This document shows positions 33,501 through 41,845 of a stretch of DNA of 64,000 nt, piece after piece. Origin of the DNA: a virus; the IMG/VR virus record IMGVR_UViG_3300031841_004047; one strand, given 5' to 3'. The notes under the pieces are model-generated. The model was given only the letters and a program-made list of their open reading frames with translations. It was not told the origin of the DNA and searched no databases. Position 1 is the first letter of the stretch, and every line of letters begins with the position of its first letter. Both the position numbers and the translations under genes were made by a program.

Positions 33501-35772
33501 TAGTGATATCGATGGATCTGAAACGACGGAGGACAAATCAGTCACCGAAGATACCGTAAACTCCAGATCTTTCAGTGCTAAGACATATTCTAACATAACC
33601 GAAGGAATGGGATCTTCTGAAAAAACTATAGTTAATCGAGTAATCACTTCTGAAACCATACGAACTTTCGCTAGTGGTAGAATCATAGATGTTGCGATAA
33701 CTCCGTTTATGAGATCCAGAAAAATATATTTTAATGCTGTTGGTTTAAGACCTCTTACAAAATTGGTGCCATACTTTGATGGTGTCAACGTAAACGAGTT
33801 TGTTAAACAAGAATCATTTAAAAGAATAAACAGTCATAGAACAGAATATAACAACTTAAATCAGTTTTCTACTTTCCATCCGGACTTTGCGGATTTAACT
33901 ACGGCTCAGACTACATACATTCAAACTGATACTGAGGGGAGAGTTAGCGGATCGTTCTTTATTCCAAACACTGCCTCCAAAAGTTTTAGATGTGGATCAT
34001 TGGAATTTAAACTGCTTGATGTTACTGTGGATGACGAATCAGTAGCAACAACTAAAGCCTCTGCTATATACACGGCGGCTGGTGCTTTGGTTAGATCTAA
34101 AGATAGAATCATATCGACTAGATCCACGCATATCATAAACAATCAATCAAACGTAAGTACGGGAAGGTCAACTTCTGCGGCGCCGGCACGCGGTAGAGTT
34201 GATCCGATTGCTCAGACATTCCTAGTTAATGATTCAACAGGAATATTCATAACAAACGTATCTCTCTACTTCAAATCAAAAGATACTTCACTTCCAGTCT
34301 GGATTGAAATAAGACCAGTTATTAATGGAACACCTTCTAAGGACATAATAATTCCAGGATCAAGGAAGTATCTCGGATCATCCCGCGTTGCTACTTCTAC
34401 GGATGCTTCAGTTCCTACACTGTTTACATTTGATGAACCAATCTATCTAGATTCTTATCGGGAATATGCTATATGTATATTTTCAGACAGTAAGAAGTAT
34501 GTACTATGGACAGCAAAAACCGGAGAGTTTATATTAAACTCCAGTGAGACTAGAGTGACAAACAGTCCTTCTATTGGAAGTTTATTTAAACCTCAAAATA
34601 CTTACTTGTGGGAAGAAACTCTAAACGAAAACTTGAAGTTTAAAGTACAAAGAGCGTCATTTAGTACTTTTACCAGTGATGCTCCAGCTGTAGCGATATT
34701 TAATAATGCTCCTATAGCCAATGAAAGATTAGGAATAAATTCTTTAACTTCATACAGCGATTCTGACTATATAAGGGTATATCATCCTAATCATGGGTTT
34801 GCGGTTGGAGACGGAGTCACTCTTTCGGGAGTAACAGCTTGGAATGGAATTACAACAAACTACATGAATGATTCACACGGCATCATAGCTAGAGATCTTG
34901 ATCATTACGTAATAAGTGATAATGACTTGAGTATTAATGGAACTGGAGCAACTCCTGGTGGTGGTAGCTCCATCGTCGCATCTAAGAATATTCAGTTTGA
35001 TGCCGTTACACCATATATCGAAACCCTAGTACCCGTTGGAACCTCGATAGATTTCAGTGGTAAGTTTACGGCCGGTAAAACAATAGTTGATGTCACAACT
35101 CCTCATAACTATGTTAAAGATACTACCTTCGATGCTAACCCTCTCATCAATCTTCAGACAAACTACTTTACTTCACCTAAAGTAATAGCTCAGCCCATTA
35201 AAGAAACAAGACTTAATAGGAAATCAGCAACTATTAAAGCTTCTTTAACTTCAGATGATGATAGAGTCTCTCCAGTCATAGACCTTCAAAGATGTTCTCT
35301 GATAACTATTTCTAATAGAATTGATAAACCTTCTAACAGCAGTAACTACAGTAATATTGCTCTAGGAACAAATTCGGTTATAACTGGATTCGTCGATGAA
35401 ACTGATAAGAGTAACGGCTCTGTACTTTCAAAACACATTACTAATCCAGTAAATCTTCTTACGGATGCAGTGGGGCTGAAAATAATTCTTCAAGCAAATA
35501 GGCCGACTGAATCTTCAATAGAAGTTTACTATAAGACATCTCTGGGCAGTGAGCTACTAGATAATTCACCCTACATAAAGGCCGAACTAGAAGGTGCTAT
35601 TCCAGCCGATGATGATAAGACCATATTCAGAGAATATAACTATCTTGTAGGAGGACTGCATGGAGGTCTTGATCCGTTTACCTCTTTTGTGGTAAAAGTA
35701 GTAATGACTTCAACTAATTCATCTAAGGTACCTACTATCAAGGATCTTAGAGCTATAGCATTGGCGGTGTAG
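30562..35772 (+). CDS. large virion structural protein (DUF4815-like)
   Basis: Y.DDF.....YHRILF.P..ALQARELTQ.Q.I.Q, APGADR, RT.EE.GNY, K.GF.VDNF, DPIAQTF, D.DLKF. Confidence 0.85.
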   Translation: MPIKFSKDILKTRYKDDFNEDDNYHRILFNPRKALQARELTQLQTIIQKEIERFGKNIFKEGASVSPSGIVIDEKYEYIKIDEVSVPGTAVGDEIFTAQTSGLKFQIVESVNQNTDLGLDATLYVRYINSSNHIPSATPARVLDGEQLQGTNNVFNSKSINATGSGCKISIGEGDFFIGGLFVHAPAQSLIISNYDSSKTTTVGFKISQELITPDDDINLFDNQGATPNISAPGADRLKINLELTTKDKVTDNSPFVFIADVKNSVVVHRAEGHSDYNKINDVLAERTKEEAGNYITQPFLISFDSTDASNLTMSVSDGTAYVNGYRADRPVPSKIAVERSQSTKSFSGENVPVSFGNYIIVQDDGYKGLPDLANFSKVTISSNNLNISSPIGTCRVRSIDTIANTNPVEKRVYIFDIVMTAGQSFRSAKSIGVGSNFFAKIKTEDVGGTQVAILKEASNNALLFDLPKIRPQSLSSVAYQVQRYYSSQATGGSGILNLATGSGNDTFANSTEWLFFRSDDGTPLTVIGTPSVGGTSTSITFSGISTSGVNIDALVVVQKTNVLHASKTLTRYPVSGRQDISQSTDDEGNVVFMLNKSDVYEMLEITDATSDKNDISDYFIFDNGQRDGFYEQSRLILKSGYTNPQNIQVAFNYFQYEGQGTGHYFSSQSYVNVPYNKVPKYITSTGKEVDLRNVLDFRPLKSDIDSDNDDAAFTNGRRFLLPPNSEVINADITYYQSRNDKIVIDQDGIIKVVKGVPALTPKFPDTPNGTLLLYKTKLNPYTDDGEDVSFDMIETKGYTMKEIGKIEKRIEKLEEIQNLSMLELDTNKMVIADSSGTDRIKSGFIVDNFIDQSNSRYNNDEYRASIDPSTFTLHPPFYQDNVGLIFDSTDADTSDVVLRGDNIYLSYTDLDYVVQDQASSEHTVNSFNAFQNNGSITLSPSSDEWFDNRDAGKKVIKGTNRLSNKPDQLWNSWKWNWIGSDIDGSETTEDKSVTEDTVNSRSFSAKTYSNITEGMGSSEKTIVNRVITSETIRTFASGRIIDVAITPFMRSRKIYFNAVGLRPLTKLVPYFDGVNVNEFVKQESFKRINSHRTEYNNLNQFSTFHPDFADLTTAQTTYIQTDTEGRVSGSFFIPNTASKSFRCGSLEFKLLDVTVDDESVATTKASAIYTAAGALVRSKDRIISTRSTHIINNQSNVSTGRSTSAAPARGRVDPIAQTFLVNDSTGIFITNVSLYFKSKDTSLPVWIEIRPVINGTPSKDIIIPGSRKYLGSSRVATSTDASVPTLFTFDEPIYLDSYREYAICIFSDSKKYVLWTAKTGEFILNSSETRVTNSPSIGSLFKPQNTYLWEETLNENLKFKVQRASFSTFTSDAPAVAIFNNAPIANERLGINSLTSYSDSDYIRVYHPNHGFAVGDGVTLSGVTAWNGITTNYMNDSHGIIARDLDHYVISDNDLSINGTGATPGGGSSIVASKNIQFDAVTPYIETLVPVGTSIDFSGKFTAGKTIVDVTTPHNYVKDTTFDANPLINLQTNYFTSPKVIAQPIKETRLNRKSATIKASLTSDDDRVSPVIDLQRCSLITISNRIDKPSNSSNYSNIALGTNSVITGFVDETDKSNGSVLSKHITNPVNLLTDAVGLKIILQANRPTESSIEVYYKTSLGSELLDNSPYIKAELEGAIPADDDKTIFREYNYLVGGLHGGLDPFTSFVVKVVMTSTNSSKVPTIKDLRAIALAV

Positions 35773-35773
35773 T

Positions 35774-35980
35774 ATGATAAAAGTAGAAGGACACGGCGAT
35801 TTAGTAAAAGATGAAAGCAGCGGCGCTGTTTTAAATATTGATAGAGCACAGATTGCTCAAGCTAGGTTCAGGAAAAAACAATGGAAAGAAAAAGAAGACG
35901 AATTAGCTTCAATTAAAAACGATATATCAGAATTGAAGATGATGATGAAAGGTTTAATCGAAAGGATTGACAATGCCTAG
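35774..35980 (+). CDS. small conserved structural-region protein
   Basis: IKVEGH..LV.D..SGAVLN.D, C-terminal coiled coil. Confidence 0.8.
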   Translation: MIKVEGHGDLVKDESSGAVLNIDRAQIAQARFRKKQWKEKEDELASIKNDISELKMMMKGLIERIDNA

Positions 35981-37604
35981 AAGAATTCTAAATATAGGTG
36001 GTATTGCAAATGATGGTAAGGGTGATACTCTTCGTGTTGCCAGCCAGAAGATAAATGAAAACTTTCAAGAGTTATACACGGGTTTAACCTTTAGCGAAAA
36101 TGTTGGAAACTTAGCACCAGCATTAATCAATACTGATTCCTTAAATGAGGGTCTTACTAATCTATATTTTTCAAACGAAAGAGTCGATGACAGAGTAAAC
36201 GCATTAATAGTCGCTGGAACAAGTTTGACTAAAGTGTATGATGACGCATCAAATACTCTTACTTTAAACGCGGAACCTGCTGGAGCTCAGCTTACGGATC
36301 TAAGCGTTACAACTGGTACACCTAATGGTGCTTTTGGCGGTGGTGCACTTTCTTATAATAACACAAATGGTGTATTTACTTTCATACCTGCCCCAACATC
36401 ATCCGTAAATCAAGCTACTCCATCTGGTGGTGGTTCCCTTTCTTATGATGTTGGAACTGGCGTATTTACTTTTACACCTCCTGATCTATCTTCTTATGTT
36501 ACATCAGTAAATTTAACAGATGATCTTGATGCTGTCGTAAATCGTGGAAGTACAACTACTTCTGGAATCACTGTTGGAGATCTAAATGGTCTTACTATTC
36601 CAGCCGGGCCTGGGACTATAGCACTAACGAGTCAGCTAGCAGCCGGAGGTGGACTTACCGATATAGAGTTTGATTTAACGCCACAGCTTGGCGGTGACTT
36701 GGATGTTAATGGTAACAATATCACTGGTGCTACCGTAAATATTGTTTCATCCAATGCTGGTAATATTAACGTTACTCCAGATACCACCGGAAACATTGTT
36801 CTTCATGGAGCAACATGGCCCAATGTAACCGGTTATGTTAACGGAAACGTTCTAACTACTGATGCATCTGGAAACCTGAGCTGGCAAGCGCCGGCTGCTG
36901 GCAACACCGCTTTAGCTACACCGAGCTCAGACGGATTAATGTCAGCTAGTGATAAAACCAAGCTTGACGGTTTAAGTACCGGTGTAACAGTTGAAGTAGA
37001 CACTATTCTACCTTCTCCAGGGACTGAAGGAGAGTTATTCTTCTATGAAGGAGAATCAAATGGCGATGGTGCCAGACTTTATATCTACACTAATAGTAAC
37101 TGGATAGACGCATCACCAAATAGATCCTTCGCCAGTCTAGATGCCAGAGGTATAATTTCTAAAATTGGTCTAGATACAAACGATTATATAGAAGTTCAAT
37201 CAACTCAACAAAGTTTCTTCTTGGATGGTAATGAAGACATGAGACTATTTAATAATGGTAATCTTCATGTCGATGGTGATGTTGTAGCCTTTTCTACAAC
37301 CATCTCGGATCCAAGACTTAAAGAAAACATTGAACCTATATCAAGCGCTTTGGAAAAGCTTGAAAGCTTAACTGGTTACACCTTTAATTATAAAAATGAC
37401 GGTCAAAAAAGTGCAGGTGTAATTTCAACAGAAGTTGCTAAAGTTTTACCTTCAGCAGTAAAGAAATCAACCTTGCCTCTTAAAACTGATGATGAAGAAG
37501 AATACGATGTGGTACAGTATGATCAACTTCACGCTCTTTTAATAGAGGCTGTTAAAGAGCTTTCAGAAAGAGTAAGGATTTTGGAAAATGGTTCTTCAAA
37601 CTAG
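35973..37604 (+). CDS. tail fibre with C-terminal peptidase S74 intramolecular chaperone
   Basis: N-terminal LNIGG.ANDG.GD.LR....KINENF.ELY; C-terminal SDPRLKENI...ALEKL..LTGYTF.YK...AGVI..EV..VLP.AV. Confidence 0.85.
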   Translation: MPRRILNIGGIANDGKGDTLRVASQKINENFQELYTGLTFSENVGNLAPALINTDSLNEGLTNLYFSNERVDDRVNALIVAGTSLTKVYDDASNTLTLNAEPAGAQLTDLSVTTGTPNGAFGGGALSYNNTNGVFTFIPAPTSSVNQATPSGGGSLSYDVGTGVFTFTPPDLSSYVTSVNLTDDLDAVVNRGSTTTSGITVGDLNGLTIPAGPGTIALTSQLAAGGGLTDIEFDLTPQLGGDLDVNGNNITGATVNIVSSNAGNINVTPDTTGNIVLHGATWPNVTGYVNGNVLTTDASGNLSWQAPAAGNTALATPSSDGLMSASDKTKLDGLSTGVTVEVDTILPSPGTEGELFFYEGESNGDGARLYIYTNSNWIDASPNRSFASLDARGIISKIGLDTNDYIEVQSTQQSFFLDGNEDMRLFNNGNLHVDGDVVAFSTTISDPRLKENIEPISSALEKLESLTGYTFNYKNDGQKSAGVISTEVAKVLPSAVKKSTLPLKTDDEEEYDVVQYDQLHALLIEAVKELSERVRILENGSSN

Positions 37605-38628
37605 TGGACAGATTAGTTTAAATCAAATTAATATAGAGGCCAGAGGCAGTCAAGTTTCTGGTACTGAAGTTAGTATCAATGAACTTGATACAAGAGAATT
37701 AATCGGTAAGGGTCAAGGAGCTGCTGGAGGAGCCATTCAAATGGCTTTTAGTGAGTGGTATGGAGCAGCCCGGGCATTTGCTTTAAACCTGGCATCAAAC
37801 GTACAAGAAGCCGACATACACACATTGGCAACAAATGCTGGATGGAACGGTAGTGATAAAGTAAATGTAACTGTCGGTGCAGGTGTGTATGTTTGGTCTG
37901 ATGATATATCAACTGCTGCTATGACTATTTCTGGATCATTTCCTAACGGTGTGGAAGTAAATAATTCGGGTTTCATCATTGGTCGTGGAGGTAATTTAAA
38001 TGGCGCTACCGGTGGATCAGCTATATCTAATTCTGTTTCAAATGTTACTATAACAAACAGCGGCTACATAGCTGGAGGTGGCGGAGGCGGTGGTTCTGCC
38101 ATTGGCGGTGGAGGAGCGGGAGGTGGTGCTGGAAGCGGTGCTGGTGGACAACCTGGGTCAAACGGCAATAACAGCGTGAGTACTGCAAGCGCCTTTGTAT
38201 CTCATCCGACCAGCCAAACGTATTGCGGCGGGGAATGTGATAATAATGAAAGCAACTGTCCAACCGGATCCTGTACCGGTACTGGCAGCGTATCCATCAC
38301 ACCTACCTCAGGAGGAACTGATACAAGACCTGGAGGTGCAACCGGTCAGACCGTAAACGTACCTGTTTCTACGCAATGCTATGCACCAGCGTGTGCCGGT
38401 GGTGGGCCAGCAAGCGGAGGTAATAACTTTAATGTTTCTACAAGTGTTGGTGGAGGTGGTGGATCTAGAAGACTTGCCAGCACAAATCTTGATGGTTCTG
38501 GTAGTTTTGGCGGTGGAGGCTGGGGTAGAAGTGGTCTAGGAAGCGGGGCGGGAGCCGCCGGCGCCGCGATAAACTCCACGGTTTCATATGTTCTTACTGA
38601 TAACGGCACCATCTATGGAGGAGTATAA
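37588..38628 (+). CDS. Gly-rich adhesin (gp38-like fibre tip)
   Basis: MVLQTSGQISL, N.G.I.GRGG, polyglycine runs, ends N.GTIYG; overlaps S74 fibre gene. Confidence 0.7.
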   Translation: MVLQTSGQISLNQINIEARGSQVSGTEVSINELDTRELIGKGQGAAGGAIQMAFSEWYGAARAFALNLASNVQEADIHTLATNAGWNGSDKVNVTVGAGVYVWSDDISTAAMTISGSFPNGVEVNNSGFIIGRGGNLNGATGGSAISNSVSNVTITNSGYIAGGGGGGGSAIGGGGAGGGAGSGAGGQPGSNGNNSVSTASAFVSHPTSQTYCGGECDNNESNCPTGSCTGTGSVSITPTSGGTDTRPGGATGQTVNVPVSTQCYAPACAGGGPASGGNNFNVSTSVGGGGGSRRLASTNLDGSGSFGGGGWGRSGLGSGAGAAGAAINSTVSYVLTDNGTIYGGV

Positions 38629-38630
38629 TA

Positions 38631-39083
38631 ATGTCTTATTATGATTCCAGTGCTGCTCCTTATCAAGCCATATCTTCTACTTATTTTTTTAATGAAGACT
38701 ATGATACTCTTGATTCGGCTAGACAAGCTGCCCAAGATTATTACGTTTGGTTGAATACGCATCCAACAGCTCATATAACGGTTAAAACTGCCGATATGAA
38801 TGAAAATGGTTCTTATATCATATCTCCTAATCTAAGTGATAGTGATATTTTATCAAGTACAAGTGGAACATTTTTAGTTACAGATCCCGAAACCGGAAAA
38901 CTTGTTAAGACCGAAGACTTGCAAGAAAAAGTTGAAGCTTCTAAAAATTATAAAATAGCAGGATGTAATAAAATATTAGAAACGAGAACTACAATCACTA
39001 ATAGCGGAGATCCTACGTTGCAACCGGAAGATAGAATAGCCATTTATGATGAATACTTTATTCACGACGTGGATTCAATATAA
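38631..39083 (+). CDS. hypothetical protein
   Basis: ORF track, GGAG RBS. Confidence 0.75.
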   Translation: MSYYDSSAAPYQAISSTYFFNEDYDTLDSARQAAQDYYVWLNTHPTAHITVKTADMNENGSYIISPNLSDSDILSSTSGTFLVTDPETGKLVKTEDLQEKVEASKNYKIAGCNKILETRTTITNSGDPTLQPEDRIAIYDEYFIHDVDSI

Positions 39084-39097
39084 AATAATAGGTAATC

Positions 39098-39301
39098 GTG
39101 ATGGAATTAAAAGAGTTAATAAAATTTGTGGCTTCAAAAAGAGTAAGAGATGAAAGACGATCAATATGTGAAAGCTGTGAAAAAATGCAGAAAAATATTG
39201 TAGGAATACCCTCATGCAATGAATGTGGGTGTTTTATTGAAAGTATGATAACATACAAAGGTAAATCATGTCCTCTACATAAGTGGCCAGAAGTAGAGTA
39301 A
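39098..39301 (+). CDS. small Cys-rich protein (R..IC..C...C..CGC....CP..KW)
   Basis: ORF track; Cys pattern common in aquatic phages. Confidence 0.75.
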   Translation: MMELKELIKFVASKRVRDERRSICESCEKMQKNIVGIPSCNECGCFIESMITYKGKSCPLHKWPEVE

Positions 39302-39307
39302 CTCCTG

Positions 39308-39315
39308 TATAAATA
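39308..39315 (+). promoter_or_regulatory. T4 late promoter TATAAATA
   Basis: Exact consensus upstream of 39337. Confidence 0.8.
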
Positions 39316-39336
39316 GAAAAAAAGGATAGATAGAAA

Positions 39337-40056
39337 ATGGCAATTACGTTTCCAAGCAATCCATCAGACGGTGATACCTTTACGTGGGGTGGAGTAAGAT
39401 ATACTTTTGATTCGACTCCCGGTGCTTGGGTTGGTGCTGGTGGATCAGATCCGGTCATTCTTTATGGTACCACTTTTCCTAATAACGGGTTAGAGGGTGA
39501 GCTTTTCTATTATGAGGGAGCCGCTTCAGGAGATCCTGCTAGATTATATGTATACAACGGTGGGGTTTGGGTGGATGCTTCCCCCGCGGCTGATGCCCCG
39601 CCTATAGCTGATGATTCAGTTAGCGAAGTAAAATTACAGGTGAGTAATTCTCCAGTGGATGGTTATATGCTTACGGCTCAATCTGGTAATACTGGCGGAT
39701 TAACGTGGGCCGCTGCCCCCGCTGCCCAAACGGGTGGTGGAGGCGGAGTTATTCTTGGAAGCACAACGGGTGGTAATACTAATACAGATTTTGCTCCAGA
39801 TGCTGGTCCGTTGACTTTACCTGATGGAGCAACTTTAGCTTATTATGCATCTTTTAATTATAATTCTTCAGGAGTTGCTGGTAGAGTTAAAGTTGGTGGA
39901 TCCGCAATAGATAGTGTGATCGGTTTTACTGGTCTACGAACTTTAGTCGGTAACTACACTAATAATACTGGTTCAGCACAGACAATACACGCAACTATAG
40001 AAGACGGTTCATCAGCTGCTAATTATTCAGTTATAATGCATTTTTGGATAAATTAA
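39337..40056 (+). CDS. virion structural / short fibre protein
   Basis: MAI.FP..P..GD.F...G..Y.....GAW anchor; shares GELF.YEG...ARLY.Y...W.DASP module with 35973 gene. Confidence 0.75.
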   Translation: MAITFPSNPSDGDTFTWGGVRYTFDSTPGAWVGAGGSDPVILYGTTFPNNGLEGELFYYEGAASGDPARLYVYNGGVWVDASPAADAPPIADDSVSEVKLQVSNSPVDGYMLTAQSGNTGGLTWAAAPAAQTGGGGGVILGSTTGGNTNTDFAPDAGPLTLPDGATLAYYASFNYNSSGVAGRVKVGGSAIDSVIGFTGLRTLVGNYTNNTGSAQTIHATIEDGSSAANYSVIMHFWIN

Positions 40057-40092
40057 ATCATGGATATAAGTAGAACAAACGGAGTTAAATAA

Positions 40093-40671
40093 ATGGCAAT
40101 TTCATTTCCAAGCAATCCAGCTGACGGTGATACTTACTCCCACGGCGGTGTTACTTATACATGGGATGCGTCTCCAGGTTACTGGAAAGGACAGTTTTCT
40201 GTTCCTACTATTCCAGAAGACGTAAGTGATTTAACTGATACTACAAACTCACTTTTTGATGGAGTCTTTAGTTCTTTAACAGGAAAACCGACTACTATTT
40301 CTGGATATGGTATCACTGATGCCTTCAATGGAGCCTTTAGTTCTTTGACAGGAAAACCAACTACTCTTGCTGGTTATGGTATTACTGATGGTGGTGGTGG
40401 TGGATTTAATGGTTCATGGACATCTGCGTCTACTTCTGCAGGTACTAATGCTACTACCAGGACACCTGATTTTACACTCAACCCGGGTGGAATTTGTTTT
40501 GTAAGTGAAAAAGGTACCTCAGAAGGTAGTGTAGGTGTTGAAGTCAATGGTGTAGGTCAAAACTACGCATATATCAACACTACTGCAGGAAATGTTACTG
40601 TCCGAGGACGTTGCACAAATGGTAGCTCGGGTGCATTTAAGAGTATAATATTTTATGCATTTAACCCATAA
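40093..40671 (+). CDS. virion structural / short fibre protein
   Basis: Same MAISFP.NP.DGD anchor; KPTT.SGYGITD fibre repeats. Confidence 0.75.
   Translation: MAISFPSNPADGDTYSHGGVTYTWDASPGYWKGQFSVPTIPEDVSDLTDTTNSLFDGVFSSLTGKPTTISGYGITDAFNGAFSSLTGKPTTLAGYGITDGGGGGFNGSWTSASTSAGTNATTRTPDFTLNPGGICFVSEKGTSEGSVGVEVNGVGQNYAYINTTAGNVTVRGRCTNGSSGAFKSIIFYAFNP
40255..40390 (+). repeat. 69-bp tandem coding repeat (F.G.FSSLTGKPTT..GYGITD)
   Basis: Two degenerate copies; same unit at 61733. Confidence 0.8.
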
Positions 40672-40693
40672 CTAATAGCAAGGAAAATTCAAA

Positions 40694-41044
40694 ATGGCCA
40701 TATATTATCAATACCAAGTGAAGGTAGATGAAACAAATAAAGTTGTAGGAACAACTACGGCGATGTCAAATGAACCAATACCATTGGATTCAGACTGTTA
40801 TGAAGTTATGGAAGACCCCAGTGAAAAGCTTGGTTATATATATGATCCACAAACTGGAGAATTTAGTTTAACAGCTGAAGATGCTAGAAGACAAAGAAAT
40901 AATTTATTAGCTCAAACTGACTGGAGAGCATCTAGTGATCTTACTCTTGATTCCGACTGGGCGGTGTATAGGCAATCTCTAAGAGACGTACCAGCACAAG
41001 CTGGTTTTCCCGGTAATGTAGTATGGCCTACAAAACCAACTTAA
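40694..41044 (+). CDS. phage tail-fibre assembly chaperone
   Basis: R..RN.LLAQTDW...SD.....W..YRQ.LRDVP.Q.GFP..V.WPTKP. Confidence 0.85.
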   Translation: MAIYYQYQVKVDETNKVVGTTTAMSNEPIPLDSDCYEVMEDPSEKLGYIYDPQTGEFSLTAEDARRQRNNLLAQTDWRASSDLTLDSDWAVYRQSLRDVPAQAGFPGNVVWPTKPT

Positions 41045-41055
41045 AGGATAAATAA

Positions 41056-41844
41056 ATGGCAAGGAAAGTATACACAGATCTAAGTGATACAATACAGGGT
41101 TGGAGAGTTAAAACCAATCTCACGGCTGAGTATCTTGGTGACTTAGACAGTCTAAACTCTGAGTTAAACAGTACTACAATGGTTGCGGCCGTGAACAGCA
41201 CCCTTGCTAGAATTAAAGGTTTTGATTCTGGTCAAACCACTAAGTTCGTTGATTCAGACTACGTAAGACTTAGGGCTGATTCTAACTATGTTAGATCAGC
41301 CGCCGACTCGGGTTGGATCAGAAGCATGTTTTCGGTGGATGATCAGGGCGGAGATGGATCTTTAGCTTACGATGAAGAAACCGGTGTTGTAACATATATT
41401 GGACCGAGTGCTACCGAAGTAAGAGCACACTTTACTGCAGGAACGGGTATTACAATCACAAGCGGACAGATTTCCGCTGATCAGGCAAATATTAATATTA
41501 CGAACTTAAATGGATACAACGCGAATGCTTTCATAGATCACACCAATGTTAATTTAACGGCAGGTGCTGGATTAACCGGTGGCGGGAATATTGCGGCTAA
41601 CAGATCATTCGCGGTAGGAGCTGGAACTGGTGTTACCGTAAACGCTAACGATGTTGCGATCGGTCAAGATGTGGCAACCACATCTAATGTTACATTTGGT
41701 AGCGTGAAGATTGGTACATATTGGACTATAGAAGCAAGTGGGCAAGATTTAATATTCAGGCATGGAACAAGCAGGCGCTTTAAGATGGATGCTAATGGTA
41801 GCTTCACCGCAGTTGATGATATAGTAGCGGTAGGAACAGTATAA
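41056..41844 (+). CDS. short tail fibre protein
   Basis: W...TN......GD...L anchor; ends NGSFTAVDDIVAVGTV, like the segment just before the S74 domain in the 35973 fibre. Confidence 0.7.
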   Translation: MARKVYTDLSDTIQGWRVKTNLTAEYLGDLDSLNSELNSTTMVAAVNSTLARIKGFDSGQTTKFVDSDYVRLRADSNYVRSAADSGWIRSMFSVDDQGGDGSLAYDEETGVVTYIGPSATEVRAHFTAGTGITITSGQISADQANINITNLNGYNANAFIDHTNVNLTAGAGLTGGGNIAANRSFAVGAGTGVTVNANDVAIGQDVATTSNVTFGSVKIGTYWTIEASGQDLIFRHGTSRRFKMDANGSFTAVDDIVAVGTV

Positions 41845-41845
41845 C

